A DNA stretch of 64,000 nt from an uncultured Candidatus Binatia bacterium (lineage in GTDB: Bacteria; Desulfobacterota; Binatia; UBA9968; CAXXLF01), in contig OZ244621.1 in the NCBI GenBank assembly GCA_965218425.1, positions 2,400,001 to 2,464,000 on the forward strand, in the 5' to 3' direction. The position numbers and the translations under genes were made by a program. Shown here in pieces: positions 22,036 to 33,405 of this stretch. Each line of letters opens with the position of its first letter. Positions within the stretch are counted from its first letter, which is position 1. A model generated the notes under the pieces. The model made no database searches. It saw only the letters and a program-made list of their open reading frames with translations, and was not told the DNA's origin.

Positions 22036-22947
22036 ATGGAAGATCTCATGGAACAATACAAAAACCATCTACAAAACGAGCGCCATGTTTCTCTCCACAC
22101 CCTGAGAAATTACGTGAGCGATCTGAGGCAGTTTCATGAGTTTGTCAAATCTCAGGGGATCCAGGAGACAAGAACTGCCGCCGGGGAGTTCCTATGGGCG
22201 GATGCTCATCATGTGAGAGCTTATCTTGGCACCATGGCCAAGGTATGCCAGAAGAGCTCACTTGGCAGAAAAGTTGCCGCGCTCAAGAGTTTTTTTCGAT
22301 ATCTCGTAAGGGAGCGGTGTCTCCAGCGGGATCCTTTGTTGGGCTTCGGCAGTCCTAAGCAGGAAAAACCTCTGGTGACCTTTCTCTCCGTAGACGATGT
22401 CTTTCGATTATTGGATGGGTTTAAAGGATTGGGCCCGTTGGCGATGCGGGATCGGGCGGTTCTGGAAGTTCTGTATTCTACGGGGATACGGGTAAGTGAA
22501 TTGGTAGGTCTGAATTGGGGTGATGTTGACTTCCGGCTGGGTGTTATCAGGGTCGTTGGAAAAGGTTCCAAGGAACGAATCGTCCCAATTGGTGAGGTGG
22601 CACTTGGTGTCCTTCGAGACTATGCGATGGAACAAGAAAAAAAATGGCGGCGACCTTCCAAAGGACGGTCAGCGGTCGTATTAAATCGCCAGGGTAAAAG
22701 GATTACCACTCGGAGCGTCGGACGAATTGTGGAAAAGCACCTGCGGGCCAGAGGAATAGCGGTTCAAACAGGACCCCACGGCCTCCGCCACACCTTTGCC
22801 ACGCATTTGCTCAACAGCGGTGCCGACCTGAGGGTGATCCAGGAACTGCTGGGTCATACCAGTCTGTCAACGACCCAGCGGTACACCCATGTGAGCCTGG
22901 ATCATCTCACTGCGGTGTACGACCGTGCTCATCCAAGGGCGCAATGA
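22036..22947 (+). CDS. xerC: Tyrosine recombinase XerC
   Basis: YSTGIRVSEL, GKGSKER, HGLRHTFATHLL, LLGH, TTQRYTH; upstream of hslVU. Confidence 0.92.
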   Translation: MEDLMEQYKNHLQNERHVSLHTLRNYVSDLRQFHEFVKSQGIQETRTAAGEFLWADAHHVRAYLGTMAKVCQKSSLGRKVAALKSFFRYLVRERCLQRDPLLGFGSPKQEKPLVTFLSVDDVFRLLDGFKGLGPLAMRDRAVLEVLYSTGIRVSELVGLNWGDVDFRLGVIRVVGKGSKERIVPIGEVALGVLRDYAMEQEKKWRRPSKGRSAVVLNRQGKRITTRSVGRIVEKHLRARGIAVQTGPHGLRHTFATHLLNSGADLRVIQELLGHTSLSTTQRYTHVSLDHLTAVYDRAHPRAQ

Positions 22948-22966
22948 GGGAGACTTGAGGTAAACC

Positions 22967-23497
22967 ATGTTTCAAGGAACGACGATACTGGCGGTTCGTC
23001 ATGGGGGGCGAGTGGTGGTGGTTGGAGACGGGCAGGTGAGCCTGGGACAAACCGTGTTGAAGCACAGCGCGAAGAAAGTCCGTAAGATCTACCAGGATCG
23101 AGTCATTGCCGGATTTGCGGGGGCTACGGCGGATGCCTTCACTTTATTTGAAAAATTTGAGGCGAAGCTGGAGCAGTACAACGGCAATCTCAGACGGGGT
23201 GCCGTGGAGCTCGCCAAGGATTGGCGAACCGATCGCGTACTGAGGAGGTTGGAGGCCTTATTGGTGGTTGCGGATACAGAGGGATTGCTGGTGATCTCGG
23301 GAGTAGGAGATGTGGTGGAACCGGACGACGGTTTGATTGCCATTGGGTCCGGCGGTAACTTCGCTCTGGCCGCGGCGCGGGTCTTGGTAAAGCACAGCCA
23401 GCTCGATGCCCGGGCCATTGCCGTTGAGTCCATGAAGGCAGCGGCTGCCATCTGTGTGTATACCAACGAACAATTGACCGTTGAGGAGCTACCTTAA
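22967..23497 (+). CDS. hslV: ATP-dependent protease peptidase subunit
   Basis: [26 protein letters not shown]. Confidence 0.98.
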   Translation: MFQGTTILAVRHGGRVVVVGDGQVSLGQTVLKHSAKKVRKIYQDRVIAGFAGATADAFTLFEKFEAKLEQYNGNLRRGAVELAKDWRTDRVLRRLEALLVVADTEGLLVISGVGDVVEPDDGLIAIGSGGNFALAAARVLVKHSQLDARAIAVESMKAAAAICVYTNEQLTVEELP

Positions 23498-23502
23498 TCC
23501 CT

Positions 23503-24897
23503 ATGAAAATGGAACCGAACGCAGCATCAACCCAGGGCGAGTTAAACCCAGCACCGGCGCCGGTTATGACGCCACGGGAAGTGGTGTCGGAACTCGATCG
23601 GTACATTGTGGGGCAAAAAGACGCGAAACGGGCTGTGGCCATAGCCCTGCGCAATCGTTGGCGGCGCCAACTGGTACCCGAGGATCTGCGGGAGGAGATT
23701 GCTCCGAAGAATATTATTATGATCGGACCCACTGGAGTGGGCAAGACCGAGATCTCTCGCAGGCTTGCCAAGTTGGCCCAGGCCCCCTTCATTAAAGTGG
23801 AAGCGTCGAAGTTCACCGAGGTCGGCTACGTGGGCAGGGATGTGGAATCCATCATTCGCGACCTCATGGAGCTCGCGGTGAATATGGTCAAAGAGGAAGA
23901 GAAGCAACAGGTTGAGATCAAAGCCAGGGAGTTGGCAGAGGAGAGGATTCTCGATCTTCTGTTACCCCCTGCACCCACAAGTAAACCGACCGGGTCAGCC
24001 GAACCGGAGGCAGGGGCACCAACGACCCGGGGGAAGCTCAAAAAGTTGCTGCGGGAGGGCAAACTCAATGACCGGTCCGTGGAGGTGGAAATCACACGTG
24101 CAGCGACGCCCATGGTGGAGGTGATGACCCCCCAGGGGATGGAGGAGATGGAGTCCAACCTCAAGGAGATGTTTTCTAACCTTCTTCCCAAACGGACGAA
24201 GAAGAAAACCGTCAAGGTGCCCGAGGCCATCGATATCCTCACCCAAGAGGAGGCCGCTAAATTGGTGGATATGGATAAGGTGGTGGGGGAGGCGAACCAT
24301 CGGGTGGAGCACTCGGGTATCGTTTTTATCGATGAGATCGATAAGATTGCCGGACGAGAGTCTATGCAGGGGCCTGATGTCTCCCGTGAGGGTGTTCAGC
24401 GGGATCTGCTCCCCATTGTGGAGGGTTCAACGGTCAATACGAAATATGGGATGGTGAGGACCGACCACATCCTGTTCATCGCCTCCGGCGCGTTTCACAA
24501 TTCCAAACCATCCGATTTGATCCCAGAGTTTCAAGGTCGATTTCCCATTCGGGTGGAGCTTAGCTCTCTGGGTAAAGATGATTTTGTTAGGATCCTCACG
24601 GAACCAAAAAATGCATTAATCAAGCAGTACGTGGCTTTGCTTGAGACTGAAAGGGTGCATCTTTCATTTAAAGAGGATGCCATTGAAGAAATTGCCCGCA
24701 TTGCCGCTCAGGTGAATGATAAGGCGGAGAATATCGGCGCCAGGCGGCTTCACACTATTTTGGAGAGGCTGGTTGACGAAATCTCCTACTCGGCTCCCGA
24801 GATGCCGGGCAAAGACGTCGACATCGATGCCCAATACGTTAAAGCACGCCTAACTCCAATTTTGCAGGACGAGGATCTATCACGTTACATCCTATAA
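23503..24897 (+). CDS. hslU: ATP-dependent protease ATPase subunit
   Basis: [33 protein letters not shown]. Confidence 0.99.
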   Translation: MKMEPNAASTQGELNPAPAPVMTPREVVSELDRYIVGQKDAKRAVAIALRNRWRRQLVPEDLREEIAPKNIIMIGPTGVGKTEISRRLAKLAQAPFIKVEASKFTEVGYVGRDVESIIRDLMELAVNMVKEEEKQQVEIKARELAEERILDLLLPPAPTSKPTGSAEPEAGAPTTRGKLKKLLREGKLNDRSVEVEITRAATPMVEVMTPQGMEEMESNLKEMFSNLLPKRTKKKTVKVPEAIDILTQEEAAKLVDMDKVVGEANHRVEHSGIVFIDEIDKIAGRESMQGPDVSREGVQRDLLPIVEGSTVNTKYGMVRTDHILFIASGAFHNSKPSDLIPEFQGRFPIRVELSSLGKDDFVRILTEPKNALIKQYVALLETERVHLSFKEDAIEEIARIAAQVNDKAENIGARRLHTILERLVDEISYSAPEMPGKDVDIDAQYVKARLTPILQDEDLSRYIL

Positions 24898-24974
24898 GGG
24901 CTGGAAGGAGCGCTTGTCATTGAAGGCTGTTTGATGACCGCGTGTTAGGCTTTATCATAGGAAAGGCAAGTTTG

Positions 24975-25862
24975 GTGGAAGATTTTATCGGGAAAGCTGA
25001 GATCTTGATGGAAGCGCTTCCCTATATACGGCGCTTTTATGGGAAGACCTTCGTCGTAAAATACGGTGGCAAGGCCATGGTAGACGAGGAACTCAAGGCT
25101 AGCTTTGCCCAGGACATGGTGCTGCTCAAGTATGTGGGCATAAACCCGGTTGTGGTCCACGGGGGAGGTCCCCAGATCAATCAGACCCTAGAGAAGATGG
25201 GGGTCTCCAGCCGTTACGTACGGGGGATGCGGGTCACGGACCGGGAGACCCTCGATGTGATTGAAATGGTGCTGGTGGGCAAGGTGAACAAGGAAATCGT
25301 GGGGCTCATCAATCATCATGGGGGCATGGCGGTGGGATTGAGTGGCAAGGATGGGGAGCTCATCCTCGCGCGTAAGATGAACGTAACGGTTGCCTCCGCC
25401 AACAAGGAAGAGAGTCCGGAAATTATTGACATCGGTATGGTTGGTGAGATTGTTGGAATCAACCCATTGCTAATCAACTCGTTGGATGAGAATAAATTTA
25501 TCCCGGTCATTGCTCCCGTAGGAGTGGGCGAGCAAGGAGAGACCTACAATATTAACGCCGACCTCGTGGCTGGGCACACCGCCGCGGCCCTGGGGGCTGA
25601 AAAGCTCATTTTGCTCACGGATGTGGAGGGGGTCAAAAACAAAAAAGGGGAGCAGTTGAGCACCCTGAAGGTGAATCAGGCTCGAAAGATGATCAACGAA
25701 GGGGTGGTGGCAGCCGGGATGATCCCGAAAGTGGAGTGCTGTATTGACGCCCTGGAGGGGGGGGTGGGAAAAACCCACATCATCGACGGTCGGGTTAGGC
25801 ACGCCGTGTTGTTGGAAATTTTTACCCAGGCGGGTGTCGGGACGGAAGTGGTACTCAAGTAA
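24975..25862 (+). CDS. argB: Acetylglutamate kinase
   Basis: [28 protein letters not shown] start after gaaagg. Confidence 0.97.
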   Translation: MEDFIGKAEILMEALPYIRRFYGKTFVVKYGGKAMVDEELKASFAQDMVLLKYVGINPVVVHGGGPQINQTLEKMGVSSRYVRGMRVTDRETLDVIEMVLVGKVNKEIVGLINHHGGMAVGLSGKDGELILARKMNVTVASANKEESPEIIDIGMVGEIVGINPLLINSLDENKFIPVIAPVGVGEQGETYNINADLVAGHTAAALGAEKLILLTDVEGVKNKKGEQLSTLKVNQARKMINEGVVAAGMIPKVECCIDALEGGVGKTHIIDGRVRHAVLLEIFTQAGVGTEVVLK

Positions 25863-25865
25863 GCG

Positions 25866-27056
25866 ATGAAGAACCAGAATGTCATAGAGCTGACTCACCG
25901 ATACGTGGCGCAGACCTATGCCCGCTACCCCATCGCATTGGTGCGGGGGAAAGGGGTCAAGGTATGGGATGTGAACGGCAAACAGTATCTGGATTTTGCC
26001 GCTGGTATCGCCGTCAATAACCTGGGACATAGTCATCCTGCTGTGGTCCGTGCGATCCAACGTCAGGCGAAGAACCTCATTCACGTGTCCAATTTGTATC
26101 ATATTGTCCCCCAGTCGGAGCTTGCCCGAGAACTCTGTCGCCGATCCTTTGCGGATCGGGTTTTTTTTTGTAATAGCGGGGCTGAGGCGAACGAGGCCGC
26201 GGTTAAACTGGCGCGGCGCTATGGTGCGGAGCGCCTGGGAGGGAAATACGAGATTCTCTCCATGCTGAACTCTTTTCACGGTAGGACCTTGGCTACTTTG
26301 ACGGCCACCGGACAGGAGAAGGTGCGATTGGGTTTTGATCCGCTCCCGCAGGGTTTCCGCCAGGTCCCCTACGGTGATCTCGATGCCATTGAAGATGCCA
26401 TTGGTGAAAAAACCGCCGCCGTTTTGGTGGAGCCCATACAGGGTGAAGGGGGAGTTGTGGTCCCTCAGGAGGGTTATCTGCAGGGATTGAGAGAGCTGTG
26501 TGATAACAGGGGCCTGCTGCTAATCTTTGACGAGGTCCAAGTGGGCATGGGCCGTACGGGCAAGCTCTTTGCCTATGAACACTTCGGTGTGGAACCGGAC
26601 ATCATGACCTTGGCGAAGGCCTTGGGGGGAGGGCTTCCCGCGGGAGCCATGCTGGCTAAGGAAGAGGTGGCTTATAGCTTTGTCCCAGGGACTCACGCAT
26701 CCACGTTTGGCGGCAATCCGTTGGTCTGCTCGGTTGCCCTCGCTGTGCTAAAGGCATTGGTGCGGGACGGGGTGTTACGAAACTGTGCCAAGATGAGCAA
26801 GGTTCTCTTCCAGGGACTCCAATCTCTGAAGGAGCGTTTTGATTTTATCCGGGACATCCGCGGGAAGGGGTTGATCTTGGGGGTAGAAATCGAGGGGGAT
26901 GCAAGTAAGATCGTGGCGGACTGCCTTCAAGCTGGACTATTAATTACCAGTGCGGGACACAATAACGTTCTGCGTTTTCTCCCACCCTTGATCGTGAGTA
27001 AACGGGACATCGACAGCGGATTGGCAATTTTTGAAAAGGTCCTGGCGCGCCAATAA
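25866..27056 (+). CDS. argD: Acetylornithine aminotransferase
   Basis: NSGAEANE, SFHGRT, EPIQGEGG, DEVQ, AKALGGG, TFGGNP. Confidence 0.95.
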   Translation: MKNQNVIELTHRYVAQTYARYPIALVRGKGVKVWDVNGKQYLDFAAGIAVNNLGHSHPAVVRAIQRQAKNLIHVSNLYHIVPQSELARELCRRSFADRVFFCNSGAEANEAAVKLARRYGAERLGGKYEILSMLNSFHGRTLATLTATGQEKVRLGFDPLPQGFRQVPYGDLDAIEDAIGEKTAAVLVEPIQGEGGVVVPQEGYLQGLRELCDNRGLLLIFDEVQVGMGRTGKLFAYEHFGVEPDIMTLAKALGGGLPAGAMLAKEEVAYSFVPGTHASTFGGNPLVCSVALAVLKALVRDGVLRNCAKMSKVLFQGLQSLKERFDFIRDIRGKGLILGVEIEGDASKIVADCLQAGLLITSAGHNNVLRFLPPLIVSKRDIDSGLAIFEKVLARQ

Positions 27057-27078
27057 AAGGCCGCCTCCATCCTGAGCC

Positions 27079-28035
27079 ATGAAAAAGAGAGATCTTCTGA
27101 GCCTTAGGGACCTCAGTGGAGAGGAAGTGAACGATCTGTTTTCCCTTGCCTGGAAACTTAAGCGGAGGTCGGCAGGCGGAAAGGCCGGGTTGTTGGCAGG
27201 GCGGACCTTGGCCCTGGTCTTTGAGAAGCCAAGTCTTAGGACCCGGGTCAGCTTTGAAACTGGCATGCTGGAACTGGGTGGGCATGCGATTTTTTTAGGG
27301 CCTGAGGAGATCAATCTCGGAGTGCGGGAGAGTCCCATGGACTGTGCCCGGGTTTTGAGTCGTTGGGTGGATCTTATTGTGGTCCGGACCTTTTCCCAGG
27401 AAACCCTGAAGGAAATGGCGGGTTACGCTTCGGTCCCAGTGATCAATGGCCTGACGGACCGGTTCCATCCCTGCCAGGTACTGGCGGACTGTCTCACGCT
27501 CCTTGAGCGCAAGGGAACTCTGAAAGGGTTAAAGATTGCTTTCGTTGGGGACGGGAACAACGTCGTCCATTCATGGATGCTGGCTGCGGAAAAATTTCCC
27601 CTTTCATTTTTCCTTGCTTGCCCGAGAGACTATGGGCCGGATCCAGAGATTACGCGGTCTGCCAGGGAGAACGGCGCCCATGTGACGGTTACCCAGGATG
27701 TGAATGAAGCGGTGCAGGGGGCCGATGTAGTTTACACGGATGTATGGGCAAGCATGGGTCAAGAGAAAGAGCTGGAGGAGAGGCGCAAGATCTTTCATGA
27801 CTACCAGGTGACGGAGGAAGTGGTGGCTATGGCCAACAAGGACGCCATGGTTATGCACTGTCTTCCCGCCCATCGGGGAGAGGAGATCACCCATGAGGTC
27901 CTGGAAGGCCCCCACTCCGTTGTTTTCGATCAAGCTGAAAATCGCCTACACATGCAAAAAGCCGTCATGGTTTGGATTTTGGGTCGGTTGAAGGGATCCA
28001 CAGCTAAAAAAAGAAGGGAAGTAAATGAAGGTTAG
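27079..28035 (+). CDS. argF: Ornithine carbamoyltransferase
   Basis: [33 protein letters not shown]. Confidence 0.95.
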   Translation: MKKRDLLSLRDLSGEEVNDLFSLAWKLKRRSAGGKAGLLAGRTLALVFEKPSLRTRVSFETGMLELGGHAIFLGPEEINLGVRESPMDCARVLSRWVDLIVVRTFSQETLKEMAGYASVPVINGLTDRFHPCQVLADCLTLLERKGTLKGLKIAFVGDGNNVVHSWMLAAEKFPLSFFLACPRDYGPDPEITRSARENGAHVTVTQDVNEAVQGADVVYTDVWASMGQEKELEERRKIFHDYQVTEEVVAMANKDAMVMHCLPAHRGEEITHEVLEGPHSVVFDQAENRLHMQKAVMVWILGRLKGSTAKKRREVNEG

Positions 28036-29224
28036 GAAAGTCGTCTTGGCCTACTCTGGTGGATTGGACACCTCAGTTTGCCTGCGCTGGATCAAGGAGC
28101 AGTATGAGTGCGAGGTGGTTGCCTACTGCGCCGATCTTGGGCAAGAGGAAGACCTGAAGGCAGTGAGACGAAAGGCCCGGGAGACGGGTGCGAGCAAGGT
28201 CATTGTGGATGACCTGCGGGAGGAGTTCGTCAAAAATTATATCTTTCCAATGCTGCGCGCCAACGCAGTTTATGAGGGGTCCTACCTGTTAGGGACCTCC
28301 ATTGCCCGTCCCTTGATAGCAAGGAGACAAATGGAGGTCGCCGCAAAGGAAAAGGCCGATGCAGTGGCCCATGGGGCCACGGGCAAGGGAAACGATCAAA
28401 TCCGATTTGAGTTGACCTACTACGCATTGAAGCCCGATGTGAAGGTGATTGCCCCATGGAGAGTGTGGGATCTTAACTCACGCCAGTCCTTGATATCCTA
28501 CGCAAAGCGTCAGGGCATTTCTGTCCCAGTGAGCCGTAAAAGGCCCTACAGCGTCGACCGAAATCTCTTTCACGTTAGCTACGAAGGGGGCATCTTGGAA
28601 AACCCATGGCAGGAGCCCCCTACCGATATGTTCCTCTGGACCACTTCGCCCGAGAAGGCACCCGATCGCAGTGAATACGTTGAGATCGATTTTCGCCGTG
28701 GAGATCCAGTGTCATTGAACGGAAGAACCAAGTCTCCGGCTGCACTACTGGCACATTTGAATACCCTGGGAGCGAAACACGGAGTGGGAAGGGTGGATTT
28801 GGTGGAGGACCGCTACGTGGGTATGAAGGCACGCGGTGTCTATGAGACCCCTGGCGGTACTCTCCTGCACCGGGCACGTCGGGCGCTGGAGTCCATCACC
28901 ATGGATCGGGAGGTCATGAGCTTGCGCGACTCGTTGATCCCCAAATATTCAGAACTGGTCTATAATGGCTACTGGTTTTCCCCGGAGCGGGAGCTCCTGC
29001 AAAAAGCCATGGATGGCTCCCAGGAGAATGTGAGCGGCCGCGTCCGGCTAAAGCTCTACAAGGGAAACGCCATGGTGGCCGGTAGACAATCGAATTCCTC
29101 TCTCTATGATCCCAAGGTGGCTACCTTTGAGGAGGATAGCGATTATCACCAGGCGGATGCGGATGGTTTTATAAAACTAAACGCCTTGCGTCTGAGGCTC
29201 CGGCGGCTCACAAAGCACAAGTAG
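28025..29224 (+). CDS. argG: Argininosuccinate synthase
   Basis: [27 protein letters not shown]. Confidence 0.98.
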   Translation: MKVRKVVLAYSGGLDTSVCLRWIKEQYECEVVAYCADLGQEEDLKAVRRKARETGASKVIVDDLREEFVKNYIFPMLRANAVYEGSYLLGTSIARPLIARRQMEVAAKEKADAVAHGATGKGNDQIRFELTYYALKPDVKVIAPWRVWDLNSRQSLISYAKRQGISVPVSRKRPYSVDRNLFHVSYEGGILENPWQEPPTDMFLWTTSPEKAPDRSEYVEIDFRRGDPVSLNGRTKSPAALLAHLNTLGAKHGVGRVDLVEDRYVGMKARGVYETPGGTLLHRARRALESITMDREVMSLRDSLIPKYSELVYNGYWFSPERELLQKAMDGSQENVSGRVRLKLYKGNAMVAGRQSNSSLYDPKVATFEEDSDYHQADADGFIKLNALRLRLRRLTKHK

Positions 29225-29232
29225 TTGGGAGG

Positions 29233-30618
29233 TTGAGTTTGGCAGCGGCGAAAAAGAAAAAACTTTGGGCGGGACGATTTGACGGGGCCACGGCTAGCTC
29301 CGTGGAGGCCTTTACGTCGTCCATTGCTGTGGATAAGAGATTGTACTCCTACGATATCGAAGGCAGCATTGCCCATGCGCGGATGCTTGGCCGCCAAAAG
29401 ATCATCTCACAGGCAGATGCGGCAAAGATTGTTAGGGGACTTAAGCTGATCGAAAAGGAAATTCAAAGAGGCGCTTCCACCTTCTCCCAGACCGATGAAG
29501 ACATCCATATGAATATCGAGCGCCGGCTCTTTCGCAAAATCGGCCCTGCGGCAGGAAAGCTTCATACCGCCAGGAGCCGCAATGATCAGGTGGCGTTGGA
29601 TATGCGCCTCTATCTCAGGGAAGAGCTCAAGGCCATTCAGACGGCCCTTAACCGGTTAAAGGCAGAGCTCGTGCGCTCAGCAAAGCGCAACGTGAAGGTT
29701 ATTATGCCTGGCTACACTCACCTGCAACGGGCCCAGCCCATTCTCTTTTCCCACCACCTTCTTGCCTACGCGGAAATGCTGGATCGGGACCTTGAACGTG
29801 CGGGGGAGTGTGCCAAGCGAGTCAACGTACTTCCCCTGGGCTCGGGAGCATTGGCCGGCACCACCTTCCCCATCGATCGGGCCTATGTGGCGAGGCTGCT
29901 GGGTTTCCCCCGGTTGTCCAAGAATAGTGTGGACGCGGTCAGTGATCGTGACTTCGTACTGGAATTCCTCGCTGTTTCGGCCATCCTTTTTGCCCACCTG
30001 AGTCGTCTTGCCGAGGAGATGGTGTTGTGGTCTAGTGAGGAGTTCGGATTCATCGAGCTCCCGGACCGATACTGCACGGGAAGTTCCATTATGCCGCAGA
30101 AAAAAAACCCCGACGTCCCCGAGTTGATCCGTGGGCGAACGGGTCGGGTCTATGGACACCTCCATGCCCTTCTGACAGTGATCAAAGGGTTACCCTTGTC
30201 CTATAACCGTGACCTTCAGGAGGATAAGACTCCTCTATTTGATACTGTGGATACCGTTAAGGCGAGCCTGGCCATGATGGCGGAGCTGGTAAGGGAAACA
30301 AAGGTCAGAAAGGAACGGATGCTCGCAGCCGCGCAGGATGGTTTTATGAATGCAACGGACCTGGCGGATTACCTCGTTCGCCGTGGCATGAGCTTTCGGG
30401 CTGCCCATGGGCTGGTGGGGAAGATCGTTCGTCATTGTCTGTCATCCCACCAGAGGATCGAGGACCTCACACTTAAGGAGTTGCAACACTATTACCCAAA
30501 AATTGAAAAGGACGTGTACCGTTATCTGTCCCTAGAGGCGGTTGTGGAACGACGCCGCACCCCGGGGGGAACCGCCTCCTCCAATGTCCGTCGGCGTCTA
30601 AGGGAAATGGGGGGATGA
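29233..30618 (+). CDS. argH: Argininosuccinate lyase
   Basis: [37 protein letters not shown]. Confidence 0.98.
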   Translation: MSLAAAKKKKLWAGRFDGATASSVEAFTSSIAVDKRLYSYDIEGSIAHARMLGRQKIISQADAAKIVRGLKLIEKEIQRGASTFSQTDEDIHMNIERRLFRKIGPAAGKLHTARSRNDQVALDMRLYLREELKAIQTALNRLKAELVRSAKRNVKVIMPGYTHLQRAQPILFSHHLLAYAEMLDRDLERAGECAKRVNVLPLGSGALAGTTFPIDRAYVARLLGFPRLSKNSVDAVSDRDFVLEFLAVSAILFAHLSRLAEEMVLWSSEEFGFIELPDRYCTGSSIMPQKKNPDVPELIRGRTGRVYGHLHALLTVIKGLPLSYNRDLQEDKTPLFDTVDTVKASLAMMAELVRETKVRKERMLAAAQDGFMNATDLADYLVRRGMSFRAAHGLVGKIVRHCLSSHQRIEDLTLKELQHYYPKIEKDVYRYLSLEAVVERRRTPGGTASSNVRRRLREMGG

Positions 30619-30619
30619 G

Positions 30620-30805
30620 AGGGAGAAGAGACAGGGATAGAGTAATTTTAGATTTGTGATTTTAGATTGGGGATAAACAGACAGAGACAGAGTAAGAGAG
30701 AAGGATAGAAGATAGAGAATAGAAGGAACAAAGAGAGTGACGAAGGAAAAAGAAAGAAGTAGACAAAAAAGAGGATGGGGGCGGTCTCTGTCTCAAATCT
30801 CTGTC
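30620..30805. repeat. Dispersed repeat family 2, copy B (inverted relative to copy A), purine-rich
   Basis: 30786-30805 is identical to 19665-19684; 30627-30642 is the reverse complement of 19696-19711; also holds a 7-bp tract attttag/atttgtg/attttag. Confidence 0.8.
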
Positions 30806-31240
30806 ATGGGAACATTCTTTTGTCTGATAATGCTAATTGCAACTGCGTCGTGCGGAAAGAAAGGACCCCCGCGAGCGCCGGAGCTGGCTGTGCCCGAGAC
30901 CATAAGAGACCTCAAGGTGCAGGCTCAGGGAGGAGGAATCGCTCTCACTTGGACCAGGCCCACCCGTTACTTGGACGGGAAGCCCTTGGATGATCTTGCT
31001 GGCTTCGTGGTGTTTCGCAAAGAGGTCACTCAGGCGTGTCCCGGGTGCCCGGCACCCTACCGGGAGAGGATCGCCCTGCCGGTTGAGGATCAGCAGAAGT
31101 TTTTAAAGAAGCAAAAATTTCGCTATGTGGATGGACCATTGACACCACAGGTGAGTTACCGCTACCGCGTATTTTCCCGTCTCATGGACGGCTCCCTCAG
31201 CGATCCATCCAATGAAGCTAAACTAACCTGGAGACCATAA
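30806..31240 (+). CDS. Putative lipoprotein with fibronectin-III-like fold
   Basis: Hydrophobic stretch, lipobox ATAS-C, then GKKGPP; LTWTRP, YRYRV; start uncertain; stop overlaps the lysA start. Confidence 0.75.
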   Translation: MGTFFCLIMLIATASCGKKGPPRAPELAVPETIRDLKVQAQGGGIALTWTRPTRYLDGKPLDDLAGFVVFRKEVTQACPGCPAPYRERIALPVEDQQKFLKKQKFRYVDGPLTPQVSYRYRVFSRLMDGSLSDPSNEAKLTWRP

Positions 31241-32496
31241 TGGATTTCTTTAAATACAAAAACGGTGAGCTATGTGCAGAGGATGTTCCTGTGGAGCGTA
31301 TCGCTAAAGAAGTTGGTACGCCGGCATACATCTATAGTTTAGCCACCCTGCGACGCCATTTCAGAGTCTTCGACCAAGCGTTTGGAAAACAGTCCCATCT
31401 GGTTTGTTTTTCTGTGAAGGCGAACTCGAATATTGCAGTGCTAAGGGTGTTTGTGAATGAAGGGGGAGGATTTGACATCGTCTCGGGAGGCGAGCTTTTC
31501 CGTGTCCTCAAGGCGGGCTCCGATCCTAAGAAGGTTGTCTTCTCGGGTGTGGGAAAGAGCAGAAGCGAAATCGAGTACGCCCTGAATTCCGGCATCCTCA
31601 TGTTCAACGTTGAGTCGGAGCAGGAACTTAACGTGCTGGATCAGGTGGCGGCGGGGTTGGGAAAGAAAGCCCCCATCAGTCTCAGAATCAACCCGGATGT
31701 GGACCCGCAAACCCATCCCTATATCTCAACCGGGATGAAAAAGAGCAAGTTTGGCATCGACATCAAACGCTCCGTGGAACAATACAAGAGGGCCCTTTCC
31801 CTCAGCCACGTTGAGGTGATCGGAGTGGACTGTCACATCGGATCACAACTCACATCGGTCTCTCCCTTTGTGGATGCGCTTGCCCGAGTGAGGGGCTTCC
31901 TTGAAGTTTTGAAGAAGGAAGGTGCCAACATTCGTTACCTCGATCTAGGAGGGGGTTTAGGCATACGCTACAAAGACGAGAAGCCTCCCCATCCAGAGGA
32001 ATACGCAGCTGCCATCATTGAAGCCCTGAAGGGGCTGGAGGTGACCCTGATCCTAGAGCCGGGGCGCGTAATTGTTGGGAACGCCGGGATCCTGGTGACG
32101 GAGGTTCTCTATTTAAAGGAGACCCAGGAGAAAAAATTTGTAGTGGTGGATGGGGCCATGAACGACTTGATTCGTCCCGCGCTATACGGTTCACATCAAG
32201 GGATTAGCCCGGTGAAGACGCTGACGGCAGAAAAGATCGTAGCCGATGTGGTGGGACCCATCTGCGAAAGCGGAGATTTCTTTGCACAGGATCGCGAGAT
32301 CCAAAAACCCCAGCCGGGGGATCTATTGGCGGTGATGGGGGCTGGGGCCTACGGATTTACCATGGCCTCCAATTACAATTCGAGACCGAGGGTGGCGGAA
32401 GTCCTGGTGGATGAAAAACGCTTCCATGTCATTCGCGAGCGGGAGACGCTGGAAGATCTTATCAGCAGGGAGATTATCCCCCCTGTCCTGGAGTGA
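31240..32496 (+). CDS. lysA: Diaminopimelate decarboxylase
   Basis: SVKANSN, HIGSQ, DLGGG, EPGR, GPICESGD. Confidence 0.98.
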   Translation: MDFFKYKNGELCAEDVPVERIAKEVGTPAYIYSLATLRRHFRVFDQAFGKQSHLVCFSVKANSNIAVLRVFVNEGGGFDIVSGGELFRVLKAGSDPKKVVFSGVGKSRSEIEYALNSGILMFNVESEQELNVLDQVAAGLGKKAPISLRINPDVDPQTHPYISTGMKKSKFGIDIKRSVEQYKRALSLSHVEVIGVDCHIGSQLTSVSPFVDALARVRGFLEVLKKEGANIRYLDLGGGLGIRYKDEKPPHPEEYAAAIIEALKGLEVTLILEPGRVIVGNAGILVTEVLYLKETQEKKFVVVDGAMNDLIRPALYGSHQGISPVKTLTAEKIVADVVGPICESGDFFAQDREIQKPQPGDLLAVMGAGAYGFTMASNYNSRPRVAEVLVDEKRFHVIRERETLEDLISREIIPPVLE

Positions 32497-32570
32497 CCGG
32501 CCCCTTCAGACCGGTGAGTTCGCCCGACGTTAGACACTGATGTGGGTGCTCGGCTAGAACGGATAACACA

Positions 32571-33392
32571 ATGGCCCAAATTCCATTTACCAAGATGCAC
32601 GGCTGTGGCAATGACTTTGTCGTTATCGATTGTATGGCGGGGGAACAGGCAGGTATGGAGGAGTTGGCCAAATGGCTCTGCCATCGCCGATTCGGCGTAG
32701 GTGCGGATCAACTACTCACCGTTGCTCCTTCCAAGGTGGCGGACTTCAAAATGGAGATTTACAATGCTGACGGCGGGCAAGTGGAAATGTGTGGGAACGG
32801 GATCCGCTGCTTTGCGCGTTATGTTTACACCCGCGGGTTGACCCAGAAAAAGGAGCTGGAAGTAGAGACCCTCGCCGGTATTATTCGGCCCCGCATTGAA
32901 GGAGATTGGGTGCAGGTGGATATGGGAGAACCCATCCTGGAAGGCAGGAAAATCCCGGTAAATGCAGACGGGCCGATCATAAATTGTCCATTGGAAGTGG
33001 AGGGCCAGAAGTATTCCGTCTGTTGTATCTCCATGGGAAATCCTCACTGCGTCCTCTATGTGGATGACCCGGAGGAGCTGGACCTGGAACGGCTCGGACC
33101 AAAATTTGAGAACCACACTTTTTTCCCCAACCGGATCAATACTGAATTCGTAAAGGTCCTTGGCCCTGGTGAGGTCAGGATGCGGGTTTGGGAACGGGGG
33201 GCTGGTGAGACCTGGGCCTGCGGTACGGGGGCCTGTGCTGTGGGCGTCGTGGGAGCACTCACGGGGAAGACGGAAAGGAAACTCAAGGTTCATCTCTTGG
33301 GGGGAGATTTGGTCATTGAGTGGCGCGGCGATAACCGGGTTTACATGACAGGACCCGTCGAGGAAGTGTTTCGGGGAGTAGCGGAACAATAG
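32571..33392 (+). CDS. dapF: Diaminopimelate epimerase
   Basis: KMHGCGNDF, EMCGNGIRC, GNPH, ERGAGETWACGTGAC. Confidence 0.98.
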   Translation: MAQIPFTKMHGCGNDFVVIDCMAGEQAGMEELAKWLCHRRFGVGADQLLTVAPSKVADFKMEIYNADGGQVEMCGNGIRCFARYVYTRGLTQKKELEVETLAGIIRPRIEGDWVQVDMGEPILEGRKIPVNADGPIINCPLEVEGQKYSVCCISMGNPHCVLYVDDPEELDLERLGPKFENHTFFPNRINTEFVKVLGPGEVRMRVWERGAGETWACGTGACAVGVVGALTGKTERKLKVHLLGGDLVIEWRGDNRVYMTGPVEEVFRGVAEQ

Positions 33393-33405
33393 TCAGGAGG
33401 CCAAA

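Noticed and set aside
22036..22947. Tyrosine recombinase as the integrase of a mobile element
   Set aside because: Size, motifs and the xerC-hslVU-argB context fit the housekeeping XerC; no att repeats or cargo seen
27079..28035. Acetyl/succinyl-ornithine transcarbamylase because of SLRT
   Set aside because: The SMG loop (DVWASMGQE), HPCQ and HCLPAHRG are typical of ordinary OTCase
30737..30805. N-terminal extension of the lipoprotein ORF
   Set aside because: It is the translation of the repeat-family-2 element; ATG 30806 gives a more normal signal length, though the start remains uncertain
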